From the NCBI RefSeq assembly GCF_044704955.1, contig NC_091977.1:13454001-13518000 (forward strand): DNA of 64,000 nucleotides, given 5' to 3'. Positions within the stretch are counted from its first letter, which is position 1; every line of letters starts with the position of its first letter. Source of the stretch: Pristiophorus japonicus. Its lineage: Eukaryota. Both the position numbers and the translations under genes were made by a program. Below are positions 13,916 through 26,018 of this stretch, piece by piece. The notes beneath the pieces are model-generated. The model was not told the origin of the DNA and searched no databases. It was given only the letters and a program-made list of their open reading frames with translations.

Positions 13916-14982
13916 AAGCAGAGAGTCGGGATAAATGGGTCCTTTTCGGGTTGGAAATCGGTGGTTAGTGGTGTGCCACAGGGATCGATGCTGGGACCAC
14001 AACTGTTTACAATATACATAGATGACCTGGAAGAGGGGACAGAGTGTAGTGTAACAAAATTTGCAGATGGCACAAAGATTAGTGGGAAAGCGGGTTGTGT
14101 AGAGGACACAGAGAGGCTGCAAAGAGATTTAGATAGGTTAAGCGAATGGTCTAAGGTTTGGCAGATGGAATACAATGTCGGAAAGTGTGAGGTAATCCAC
14201 CTTGGGGAAAAAAAAACAAAAAAAGGGAATACTATTTGAATGGGGAGAAATTATAACATGCTGGGGGTCCTTGTGCATGAATCCCAAAAAGTTAGTTTGC
14301 AGGTGCAGCAGGTAATCAGGAAGGCGAATGGAATGTTGGCCTTCATTGCGAGAGGGATGGAGTACAAAAGCAGGTAGGTCCTTCTGCAACTGTACAGGGT
14401 ATTGGTGAGACCGCACCTGGAGTACTGCGTGCAGTTATGGTCGCCTTACTTAAGAAAGGATATACTGGCTTTGGAGGGGATACAGAGACGATTCACTCGG
14501 CTGATTCCGGAGATGAGGGGGTTATCTTATGATGATAGATTGAGTAGACTGGGTCTTTACTCATTGGAGTTCAGAAGGATGAGGGGTGATCTTATAGAAA
14601 CATTTAAAATCATGAAAGAGATAGACAAGATAGAGGCAGAGAGGTTGTTTCCACTGGTCGGGGAGACTAGAACTAGGGGGCACAGCCTCAAAATTCGGGG
14701 GAGCCAATTTAAAACCATGTTGAGAAGGAATTTCTTCTCCCAGAGGGTTATGAATCTATAAATTCTCTGCCCAAGGAAGCAGTTGAGGCTAGCTCATTGA
14801 CTGTATTCAAGTCATAGATAGATAGATTTTTAACCAATAAGGGAATTAAGGGTTACGGGGAGAGGGCGGGTAAGTGGAGCTGAGTCCACGGCCAGATCAG
14901 ACATGATCTTATTGAATGGCGGAGCAGGCTCGAGGGGCTAGATGGCCTACTCCTGTTCCTAATTCTTATGTTCTTATGTTCT
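13916..14982 (+). mobile_element. 5'-truncated CR1, same subfamily as 9059-12918
   Basis: Near-identical to ~11835-12918; GTTCTTAT tail. Confidence 0.93.
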
Positions 14983-15015
14983 TAAATAGAGGTGTTACAT
15001 TTGCGGTTTTCCAGT

Positions 15016-15832
15016 AAGGTGGCAGGTGGAGTATAATGTAGGAATATGTGAGGTTGTTCACATAGAAGAAGAATAGAAAATCAGAATATTTTTTAAATGG
15101 TGAGAAACCTTTAAATGTTGGTGTTGAGAGAGATTTGGGTGGTCCTGGTGGAAGAAACACAGAAAGCTAGCATGCAGGAACAGCAAGCGATAAGGAAGGC
15201 AAATAGCATATTGATCTTTATTGCAAGGGGGTTGGAGTATAAGAGTAAGGAAGTCGTGCTACAATTATACAGGGCCTTGGTGAGACCACACCTGGAGTAC
15301 TGTGCACAGTTTTGGTCTTATCTAATGAAGGATATACTTGCCTTGGAGGCGGTGCAACGGAGGTTCACTCGACTGATTCCTGGGATGAGAGAGCTGTTTT
15401 ATGATGAGAGATTGTGTAAAATGGGCCTATACTCTCTTGAAATTAGAAGAATGAGAGGTGATCTCATTGAAGCATAAAAGATTCTGAAGGGGATTGACAG
15501 GGTAGATGCTGAGAGGTTGTTTCCCCTGACTGGCATGTCTAGAACTAGGATGCATAGTCTGAGGATAAGGGATAGGCCATTTGAGGCTGAGATGAGGAGG
15601 AATTTCTTCACTCAGAGGGTTGTGAATCTTTGGAATTCTCTGCCCCAGAAAGCTGTGGATGCTGAGTCTCTGAGTATATTCAAGGCTGAGATAGCTAGAT
15701 TTTTGGACTCGAGGGGAATCAAGGAATATCGGTGGGACAGTGGAGTTGAGGTCGAGGATCAACCATGATATTGAATGGCGGAGCAGGCCCGAGCGGCCGT
15801 ATGGCCTACTCCGGCTCCTATTTCTTATGTTC
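15016..15832 (+). mobile_element. 5'-truncated CR1, older subfamily
   Basis: RPHLEYCAQFWS...RRFTRLIPG; TTCTTATGTTCTT tail. Confidence 0.88.
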
Positions 15833-17553
15833 TTAGATGAGGGGACTGAGTGTAATGTATCCAAGTTAGCTGATGATACAAAGCCAGGTGGGAAAGTAAG
15901 CTGTGAGGAGTGTGCCAAGAGGCTGCAAACAGATATAGACAGGCTAAGTGAGTGGGCAAGAACATGGCAGATGGAATTTAATGTGGAGAAATGTGGTTAT
16001 CCATTTTGGTAGGAAAAATAGAAAAGCAGAATATTTTATAAATGTTGAGAGATTAGGACATGTTGGTGTTCAGAGGAACCTGGGTGTCCTTGTACACGAA
16101 TCACTGAAAGTTAACATGCTGGTTAGCCAGCAATTAAGAAGGCTAATGGTATGTTAGGGGGTGAAATTCTCCTGCTGTGCGCCTCCGGGGTGTGCTAACG
16201 GGGCGCAAACGTGTTTTTGCCTGGTGGGGGCGGGGGTGTGGGGGGAGGGGGGCTGGTGAGGGGTGGGGGGATGGCGCACGCAGCATGCGAACCATCGGCT
16301 CCTTGGAAATTGCACTGGAGTTATCAGAGGCTCGACATCATCGCCATACACAGCAACCCATTTTTGCCCCACGGCAGAAATTGGGCAGTGCCCCGTGAGG
16401 CTGCCGTGGGCGATGTCTGTGCCAGCCTCGCGGGTCATGAACCAGGCTGCACTCCGCTCGCGGGGCAAAACTTAAAGGGGAGGTCCGCCGTCTCTTTTGC
16501 AGCACCCTCCGACTGACTGGTCCGGCCTCGAAGTCCATTTCCGCGGGGTTCGTGCCACGCTCGTGCAGCCCGCCACTCCCTTTCGGTGCCGGGCTGTGGC
16601 CCCGCCTCCCCGCCTCCCTGGTGGCCCAGTGGAGGTCCCTCAAAAGGCCTGCAGAGCTTGCAGCGTCTTTCCCCATTAACATAAGGGGAGTGCCCTTGTA
16701 ACGGGTCAGCGCTATGCGAAGAGGCCGCGTAGCACTCTGATGTTCGCCTGGGTAGCACCCCCCGAGCCTACCCCGAGAGGAAGTGGAGCGCCCAACATTG
16801 CACTCCACTTCCTGTCAGGGGCGGTAAGACCAATTTCGCTTCCAGTGCGGGACTTCTGCGCCGGGAGCAGAAGGTCCGGCCTCAGAGATTACTGTCCCTA
16901 AATGGGGCAATATGGAATTTCAGCCCATTAGTATTTATTACAAAAGAATTGGAGTATATGGGTAAAGAAGTCTTACTACAATTATATAGGGGTTTGGTGA
17001 GATCACACCTGGAGCACCGTGTGGTTTTGGTCTTACCTAAGAAAGGATATATTTGCTTTGGAGGGAGTGCAATGAAGGTTCACTAGACTGATTCCTGGGA
17101 TGTGGGGATTGTCCTGTGAGGAGCGATTGAGTAGACTAAGCCAATATTCCCTAAAGTTCAGAAAAATGAGAGGTGATCTCATTGAAACATACAAAATTCG
17201 TAATGGACTTGACGGGGTAGATGCAGGGAGGATGTTTCCCCTGGCTGGGGAATCTAGAACCAAGAGTCACTGTCTCAGAATCAGGAGTCGGCCATTTAGG
17301 ACTGAGATGAGGAGAAATGTCTTCACTCAGAGGGTGGTGAATCTTTGGAATTCTGTACCCCATAGAGTTTTGGAGGCTCATTCATTGAATATATTCAAGA
17401 CAGAGATTGATAGATTTTTGGATAGTAAGGGATATGCAGACAGTGCAGGAAAGTGGAGTTGAGGTAGAAGATCAGCCATGATCTTATTGAATGGCGGAGT
17501 AGGCTTGAGGGACCATATGGCCTACTCCAAGTCCTATTTCTTATGTTCTTATG
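15833..17553 (+). mobile_element. 5'-truncated CR1 interrupted by a MITE
   Basis: ADDTK...LSEWARTWQMEFN and 3' tail near 17540. Confidence 0.88.
16157..16927. mobile_element. Harbinger-type MITE, 771 bp, GC-rich
   Basis: TIRs GGGGGTGAAATTC and GAATTTCAGCCCA; TSD TTA at 16154-16156 and 16928-16930. Confidence 0.88.
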
Positions 17554-17739
17554 TAGGCATTCAGTTTGTATCAAGTGAAGACCTGTACTCAAATCAACAC
17601 CTCCACTTATTCAAAAGCAAAATACTGCAGATACTGAAAATCTCAAATAATAACATAAAATGCTGGAAACACAGAGCAGGTGAAGCAGCATCCGTGGAGA
17701 GAGAAACAGCGCTTACACTTCAGGTAGATGACCATACTC

Positions 17740-20700
17740 ATTCAGTTTGTTTAAAATGAAGGCCTGTAAACTGAAGCCGTGTGCACATTTAGTTTGTTTG
17801 AGATAAACCCCAGTGCTCATTTAGTTTCAGATGAATATCTGAGCTCAATTCAATTAGATGAAAGTCTGAAATCATTTAGTTTGCGGTGAAGATCTGTGCT
17901 CAGTAATTTGATTGAGATGAAGAATCTGTGCTCATTTAATTTGAGAAGAAGATCTGTGCTCATTTAGTTTGTTCGAGCTGAAGATCTGAGCTCAATTTGT
18001 TTAGATTTGAAGGTCTGTGCTCATTTAGTTTGAGATGAGGATTTGGCTCGTTTAGTTTGAAATGAAGATCTGTGCTCAATTAGTTTGACATGAAGATGTG
18101 TGCTTATTTAGTTAGATTTGAAGATGTGTGCTCATTTGTTTGGTTGAGATGAAAGTCTGTGCTCATTTAGTTGACTTGAAGATCTGTGCTCATTTAGTTT
18201 GAGATGAAGATCTGTGCTCACTTAAATTTGAGGTGAGCATTTGGCTCACTTAGTTTGAGATGAAGACCTGAGCTCATTTAGATTGAGATGAGGATTTGGC
18301 TCATTTAGTTTGTTGGAGATGAAGATTTGAGCTCATTTAGTTTGAATTGAAGATCTGTGCTCATTTAGTTTGTAATGAGGATCTGTTCACATTTAGTTTG
18401 TTTGAGATGAAGATCTGTGCTCATTTAGTTTGAGATGGAGATCTGTGCTCATTTAGTTTGAGATAAGGATTTGGCTCATTTAGTTTGAGATGAGGATCTG
18501 ATCTCAGTTAGCTTGAGGTGAAGATCTGTGGTCATTTAGTTTGAGATGAAGAGCAGATCACATTTAGTTTGAGATGAAGATCTGTGCTCATTTTGTTTGA
18601 GATGAACATCTGAGATCTTTAATTTTGAGATGAAGATCAGATCACATTTAGTTTCAGATTAAGATCTGTGCTCATTTAGTTTGTTTCAGATGATCTGAGT
18701 TAAGTTGGTTGAGATGAAGATCCGAGCTCATTTAATTTGAGATGAAAATCTGTGCTCAATTAGGTTGAGATGAAGATCTGTGCTCATTTAGTTTGTTGGG
18801 GATGATGTTCTATCCTCATTTAGTTTGAGATGAAGATCTGAGCTCATTTCGTTTGAGATGAACATAAGAACATAAGAATATAAGAAATTGGAACCGGCCC
18901 CTTGAGCCTGCTCCGCCATTCAATAAGATCATGGCTGATCTGATCATGGACTCAACTCCACTTTCCTGCCCGCTCCCCATAACCCCTTATCCTCTTATTG
19001 TTTAAGAAACTGTCTATTTCTGTCTTAAATTTATTCAATGTCCCAGCTTCCACAGCTCTCTGAGGCAGTGAATTCCAGATTTACAACCCTCTGCGAGAAG
19101 AAATTTCTCCTCATCTCAGTTTTAAATGGGCTGCCCCTTATTCTAACTTTGTGCCTTCTAGTTCTAGTCTGCCGCATCAGTGGAAACATCCTCACTGCAT
19201 CCACCTTGTCAAGCCCCCTCATAATCTTATACATTTCTATAAGATCATCTCTCATCCTTCTGAATTCCAATGAGTAGAGGCCCAACCTACTCAACCTTTC
19301 CTCATAAATCAACCCCCTCATCCCCGGAATCAACCTAGTGAACCTTCTCTGAACTGCCTCCAAAGCAAGTATTTTCTTTCATAAATATGGAAACCAAACT
19401 ACACGCAGTATTCCAGGTGTGGCCTCACGAATACCCTGTATAGCCGTAGTAAGACTTCCCTGCTTTTATACTCTATCCCCTTTGCAATAAAGGCCAAGAT
19501 ACCATTGGCCTTCCTGATCACTTGCTGTACCTGCATACTATGCTTTTGTGTTTCATGCACAAGTACCCCCAGGTTCCACTGTACTGCAGCACTTTGTAAT
19601 CTTCCTCCATTTAAATAATAACTTGCTGTTTGTTTTTTCTGCCAAAGTGCATGATCTCACACTTTCCAACATTATACTCCATCTGCCAAATTTTTGCCCA
19701 CTCACTTAGCCTGTCTATGTCCTTTTGCAAATTTTTTGTGTCGTCCTCACACATTGCTTTTCCTCCCATCTTTTTATCATCAGCAAACTTGGCTATGTTA
19801 CACTCAGTCCCTTCCTTCTTCCAAGTCATTAATATAGATTGTAAATAGTTGGGGTCCCAGCGCTGATCCCTTCGGCACCCCACTAGTTACTGGTTGCCAA
19901 CCAGAGAATGAACCATTTATCCCGACTCTCTGTTCTCTGTTAGTTAGCCAATCTTCTAGCCATGCTTATATATTACCCCCAACCCCGTGAACCTTTATCT
20001 TGTGCAGTAACCTTTTATGTGGCACCTTGTCAAATGCCTTCTGGAAATCCAAATACACCACATCCACTGGTTCCCCTTTATCCACCCTGTTCGTTACATC
20101 CTCAAAGAACTCCAGCAAATTTGTCAAACATGACTTCCCCTTCATAAATCCTTGCTGACTCTGCCTGACCGAATTTTATTTTCCAAATGTCCTGCTACTG
20201 TTTCTTTAATAATGGACTCCAACATTTTCCCAACCACAGATGTTAGGCTAACTGTCTATAGCTTCCTGCTTTTTGTCTGCCCCCTTTTTTAATTACATTT
20301 GCAGTTTTCCAATCTGCTGGGACCTCCCCAGAATCCAGGGAATTTTGATAAATTACAACCAATTCATACACTATCCCTGCCGCTTCTTCTCTTAAGAACC
20401 TAGGATGCAAGCCATAGGTCCAGGGGATTTATCTGCCTTTAGTCCCATTATCTTACTGAGTACCACCTCCTTAGTGATTGTGATTGTGTTAAGTTCCTCC
20501 CCCATAACCCCTAGACTATCCACAGATGAAGCTCTGTGCTCATTTAGTTTGAGATGAGGATCTGAGCTCATTTAGTTTGAGATGAGGATCTAAGCTCATT
20601 TAGTTTTGTTGAGATGAAGATCTGAGCTCATTTAGTTTTGTTGAGATGACGATCTGTAATCATTTAGTTTGAGATGAAGATCTGAGCTCATTTAATTTGT

Positions 20701-22275
20701 TGGAGATAAAGATCTGTGTTCATTAAGTCTGAGATGAAGATCTGTGCTCATTTTGATTGGTTGAGATGAAGATCGGTGCTCATTTAGTTCGGTTGAGATG
20801 AAGATCTCTCCTTATTTAGTTTGAGATGAAGATCAGGCTCATTTAGTTTGGTTGAAATGAAGATCTGAGGTCATTTAGTTTGTTGGAGATGAAGGTCTGA
20901 GCTCCTTTAGTTTGAGATGAAGATCTTTTCACATTTAGTTTTTTTGAGATGAAGATCTGTGCTCAATTAGTTTGAGATAATGATTTGACTCATTTTGTTT
21001 GAGATGAAGATCTGTGCTCGGTCAGTTGGAGGTGAAGATCTGAGCTTATTTAGTTTGTTTGAGATGAAGATCTGTGCTCGGTCAGTTGGAGGTGAAGATC
21101 TGAGCTTATTTAGTTTGTTTGAGATGAAGATCTGTGCTCGGTCAGTAGGAAGTGAAGATCTGTGCGCATTTAGTTTGAGATGAAGATCTTTTCTCATTTA
21201 GTTTGAGAGGAGGATTTGGCTCATTTAGTATGAGATGAAGATCTGTGCTCATTTAGTTTGAAATGAAGATCTGAGCTTATTTAGTTTGGATGAAGATCTG
21301 TGCTCATTTAGTTTGGTTGAAATGAAGATCTGAGGTCATTTAGTTTGAGATGAAGATCTGAGCTCATTTAGTTTGGTTGAAATGAAGATGTGAGCTTATT
21401 TAGTTTGGATGAAGATCTGTGCTCATTTAGTTTGGTTGAAATGAAGATCTGAGGTCATCTAGTTTGAGATGAAGATCTGTGCTCATTTAGTTTTGTTGAA
21501 ATGAAGGTCTGTGCCCATTTAGTTTGTTGGAGATAAAGATCTGAGCTCATTTCGATCGGTTGAGATGAAGATCGGTGCTCATTTTGTTTGAGTTGAAGAT
21601 CTGAGCTAATTTAGTTTGTTGGAGATGAAGATCTAAGATCATTTAGTTTGACAGGAGGATCAGTGCTCAACTAGTTTGTTTGAGATGAAGATCTGTGTTC
21701 ATTTAGTTTGAGATGAGGATCTGTGTTCATTTAGTTTGAGATGAGGATCTGTGTTCATTTAGTTTGAGATGAGGATCTGTGCTCATTTAGTTTGAGATGA
21801 GGATCTGTGTTCATTTAGTTTGAGATGAGGATCTGTGTTCATTTAGTTTGAGATGAAGATCTGAGCTCAATTAGTTTGAAATGAAGATCTAAGCTCATTT
21901 AGTTTGTTGGCGATGAAGATCTGTGTTCAGTTAGTTTGGTTGAGATGAAGATCTTTGCTCATTTAGGTTGAGATTAAAATGTGAGCTCATTTAGTTTGAG
22001 ATGAAGATCTGTGCTCATTTAGTTTGTTGGAGATGAAGATCTGTGCTCATTTAGTTTGAAATGAGGATCTGTGCTGAACTAGTTTGGTTGAGATGAAGAT
22101 CTGAGCTCACTTAGTTTGAGATGGAGATCTGTGCTCATTTTGTTGGAGATGAAGATCTGAGCTTAGTCAGTTTGAGATGAAGATCTGAGCTCATTTATTT
22201 TGTTGGAGATGAAGATCTGAGCTCATTTATTTTGTTGGAGATGAAGATCTGAGCTCATTTAGTTGATTTGAAATA
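17740..22275. repeat. Degenerate satellite, 28/32-bp unit GAGATGAAGATCTGTGCTCATTTAGTTT(GTTT), split by a CR1
   Basis: Tandem copies at ~17740-18860 and ~20524-22275; three ~60-bp higher-order copies at ~21001-21180. Confidence 0.95.
18861..20523 (-). mobile_element. 5'-truncated CR1 inserted in the satellite
   Basis: CATAAGAA tail; RT motifs on the minus strand; AGATGAA present at both junctions. Confidence 0.92.
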
Positions 22276-22820
22276 TGGCAAAGTAGCATGGAATATGTCT
22301 GGTCATGATATCAAATAAAACTAATACTCTGCTGAATCAGGTTAAAATCACTATTTCCAATATCTTAGCTCCTCGTGTACACGACGTGACCTTGAATAGT
22401 ATGGGACCGGATTTGCGGGGGGGAGGCGCGGGGTGTTGAGGAGAGCCAGATGTGCCAGATAAATATTTTACCCCAGTTTTTTCGAGCATATGCATTGATT
22501 TCTGTGTACTACCGACCACCCCTTATAAAAGTCATTGTGGGTCATGTGTTCTATATGATGAATTTTGAGTCACAAGTATGTGGAGGTAATGCTTGAAGAT
22601 TTTTCTGTAATTTTTTTGTGGATATTAGTGAAATGTTGTCGGGGTAGATTTCGACTTTATGCGACAGTGTAAACAAGCCCGTTTTACATCTTTCACGCTT
22701 TGTATTCCCGTTGAAGTCGAGGGACTCGCCGTCACCTCTTTTACACAATCGCACAAAGTCAAGAGAAACCCAATTGTCGTTCCCCAAAAATGCTGAGACA
22801 CCCCGTTCTTCTTGTCGTAG

Positions 22821-23188
22821 GCTCCTGCTTCTGGGTGGCGGTTCTGGACGGGAATGTCGTGGGCATCGTGGCTGCCAGAGGGAACGAGGAGGACAACACG
22901 GTGGAGCTTCGCCGCATGTCCGTGGACTTTGAGCAGCGGGGGAAAGGCATCGCCAAGGCCCTGGGCCGCAAGGTTCTGGAGTTCGCCGTCCTCAACAACT
23001 ACTCCGCCGTCGTGCTGGGCACCACCGCCGTCAAACTGGCCGCCCACAAGCTCTACGAGTCCTTGGGTTTCAGATACATCGGCGTCACCGAACACTACGT
23101 GCTGCCGGGGATGAATCACTCGGTCTTGGAGAAAATGTTTTTCCAGCTACGTTACCACCGCTACCGGCTGCATCTCCGTGAAGAATGA
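22821..23188 (+). CDS. NAT8L: N-acetylaspartate synthetase (GNAT family), last coding exon
   Basis: GSCFWVAVLDGNVVGIVAAR...RGKGIAKALGRKVLEFA...YESLGF...RYHRYRLHLREE* closely matches the vertebrate NAT8L C-terminus; acceptor TTCTTCTTGTCGTAG ends at 22820 (phase 1); TGA at 23186-23188. Confidence 0.96.
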
Positions 23189-23933
23189 ACATTTCCCCAC
23201 CACCCCCCCCCGGCCCCCCCAGCTTACCTCTCCCTCCTCTCCCCCCGCCCCCCCACCCTTCACCCTTTCCCCTTACAAACACCAGAATGCCCAATGCTTT
23301 GTAATTTTTTGATGATTTTATTTTCCACACATCCCCTTCCGCCCCTCTGCGTTGCTGTGATTTCGTTGGATGAGAGTTGCGACCGCCCCAGACTTGTTGC
23401 AGGATGGTGGGTGCTTGAGATTGAAGCACCAGTTAACATTCGTACCGTACACAGCATGCCTGGCTGGGCTCAAAGTTGCCAGTCGACCCAGGTTGCCCTC
23501 GACCAGATTTCCATCAGCACAGCAGCCACACAACATGGAAGCGGTAACGATTACTGTAGAGGTGTATTTTTCTTTTTGGTGGAAGGGGCACAGAATGAAA
23601 TGGGGATGGGGATGGATCATTGCCCGTGCATTTACTGTATTGTCAGTGATAATCGATGATCAGTACTAACCCAAACCCCCCCCCCACTACCCCTCCACCC
23701 CCCGAACCCCTCCACTCCTCCGTGCCGCTGAATATAACTCCCTTCATGACAGTAGTTCTTAGTGTTACCGTTATACTCTTCGAGATAAAACCCCAGCTTG
23801 CTCTGCTGCATGAAGAGGAATTGCAGCAATGCCAAGAAGATCACCTTGGCCTGGCCTGATTCACTCGCGCCTGGGCTCTGACATACAGTTTTTTTAAAAA
23901 GAAATACTTGGGTGTGCTGTGTCCTGCCAAACT

Positions 23934-23958
23934 AGAGAGAGAGAGAGAGAGAGAGAGA
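23934..23958. repeat. (GA)n microsatellite
   Basis: About 12 AG repeats. Confidence 0.9.
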
Positions 23959-25860
23959 AAAAGGTGCATCCAATATCATGACTCTTATTTCCATTGTCTT
24001 CACAAGCCAGCAAGATTCAGTCATTTGTAGGTTCTTGATCCCATGTTGCATATTGTAAAATAGGCATTTAGTGTTCTCCCTCCCCTCCATGATCGGGTGA
24101 CTGTGAGCTTATCCTCCGCATTCCATGCGCTCTGGAGTCTCAATGCTGCTCCTGGCTTTTTTTTTTGAGTTTCTCTTTTAATGTTTTTCTCTCTGCTTGC
24201 GCTGAATGATGTCACTTGAGCAGATCGGAGGCTGTGGTTTCTATGGAAACACATCCCCCCATCCTCCTCCACACCCCCCCCCCCCTCCTCCTCCCCAACA
24301 CCACCACCATATCAATGATAAATGCAGAGTCCAAAAATAGCAAGTAGGGGGACAGGAGTTGGGCTCTTGCAAAGAAAAAAAAAAAGATTATATACTATTA
24401 CAAAATCCATAAGCAAAAAAGAAAAAAAAATTCTTATTATTAATTACTAATAATAGTCGTGATTGGTCTCTGCAGCCTTGCTTAGCGTTGCTATGGTAGT
24501 TGCTTTACTGACATCAACCTTGTGACTGGTAGAATGCAGAAGCAATGCAATTGGCATGTGTCTGTACCTAAGTGTATGTGTACAGTGCCTGCCTGAACAA
24601 TAAGACAAAGGATATAGTTCCTTAATCATGAAATAAAAATGTGTATATTTTAAAAAGCATTTTTTTTTGCATGCCGAATGTCTGTCTTGAATTCAGAACA
24701 ACAAAAAAAATGGGTAGCTGAATTTTAGTTTAAACAATGGAAATGTACTATATATATTAAAAAACCTTCTGGATATGCACTTCAGAGACCCGATCCTCAA
24801 TGGTTTGTAATGGAGGATTTTAGTTTCAGTACTTTGTAATAGAAATGCTGTGTGTGTGTGTAAAAAAAAGATACTTTTTCATGAAGTCATTCCTGGTTAA
24901 AGGACAGAGAGTGGTTGCTTTGTTTATTTTTGTTACACCGGTATTATCCGAAAGGTATCGAAAACCAGTTGGCACAAGTCGATTTTTTTTAAAGGTTCCT
25001 ATCTGATTGGCGATGAATATCTCTTGGCTTTTAATGTACAGTCGAGCTTATGGTATATCTGAAGTATTTAAGACCACTCACATCAGTCCAAATTATTTTT
25101 AAGTCATTTTCTGTACATAGAACGTACCTCGCTGGCGATGGTGAGTTTGCTGTTATCAAACCAGCGCAATATTGGTCTACAGTGGTCCAGCAGCTCTTGT
25201 GCCCCCAATCACGGTCCGATTCCATGAGTTGAAAGGACTGTTTTATTGTGTGTCAGCTCCGAGTGGAACCTTGATTGTTTTTATTTTCAACTTAATTTTT
25301 GTAACGCTGGGCTCTTCTGTTTCTCTCCTCGGTCTCTCTGGATCGTGGGTGGGCGGTTAACGGGGGCTGTACCCAAGGTGGCCTCTGGGAGGGTGATGAA
25401 CGAATTGCATTTGGTGCCTCCCACGGTGACACACGGCTGAGGTCAGTAACTCAAGTGGCCTGTTAGGGGGCAGCGGGACTTGTGACTTCACCCCTGCCAC
25501 AGCATTCGTGTTGCATACCGAGTGTGGTATCAGTTTTGTGTAATGCAGAATTCTACAGGCAGTGAGATTCATGTACTAGATTTTATCACAGAATAAAGTG
25601 TGTCCATGTGTGTGTATCTACAGGACAACTCCATTTTATAAACCTAATTGACTCTACTTTAAGCAGAAGTGCATCTCGGTTTTGTGTTGAATTGAGCAGC
25701 GTATTACTTTCAATTAATTCCCCCAAAACGCCCTTTTCATTACATTAAAGTTAATGGCTCTTGGGGAACGTGAGGGGTCCTGACTGGGGACAGTCTCTCA
25801 CGATCCGCTCGGCATGATTGATTGATTGACCTTTGACACAAGAATGCCCAGAAATATGAA

Positions 25861-26018
25861 GGTCTAGAAATTCGTCTGGGGCGGTGGCGCGGAACGGGCG
25901 GTACCATATCGGCGCCCGTTACACGCAGTGCCTGATATTCAGCTCCATCGCAGTCAGAACGGGCATCTGATCCGGTAACGCCCATCTAGCACCGCCGCCC
26001 AAGACTCATTTCTAGCCC
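25861..26018. mobile_element. Short Harbinger-like MITE (imperfect hairpin)
   Basis: GGTCTAGAAATTCGTCTGGGGCGG at the left pairs with CCGCCCAAGACTCATTTCTAGCCC at the right; TSD unclear. Confidence 0.65.

Noticed and set aside
22790-22820. ATG at 22790 as the NAT8L start
   Set aside because: The sequence is a polypyrimidine tract and acceptor; homology begins at GSCFW.
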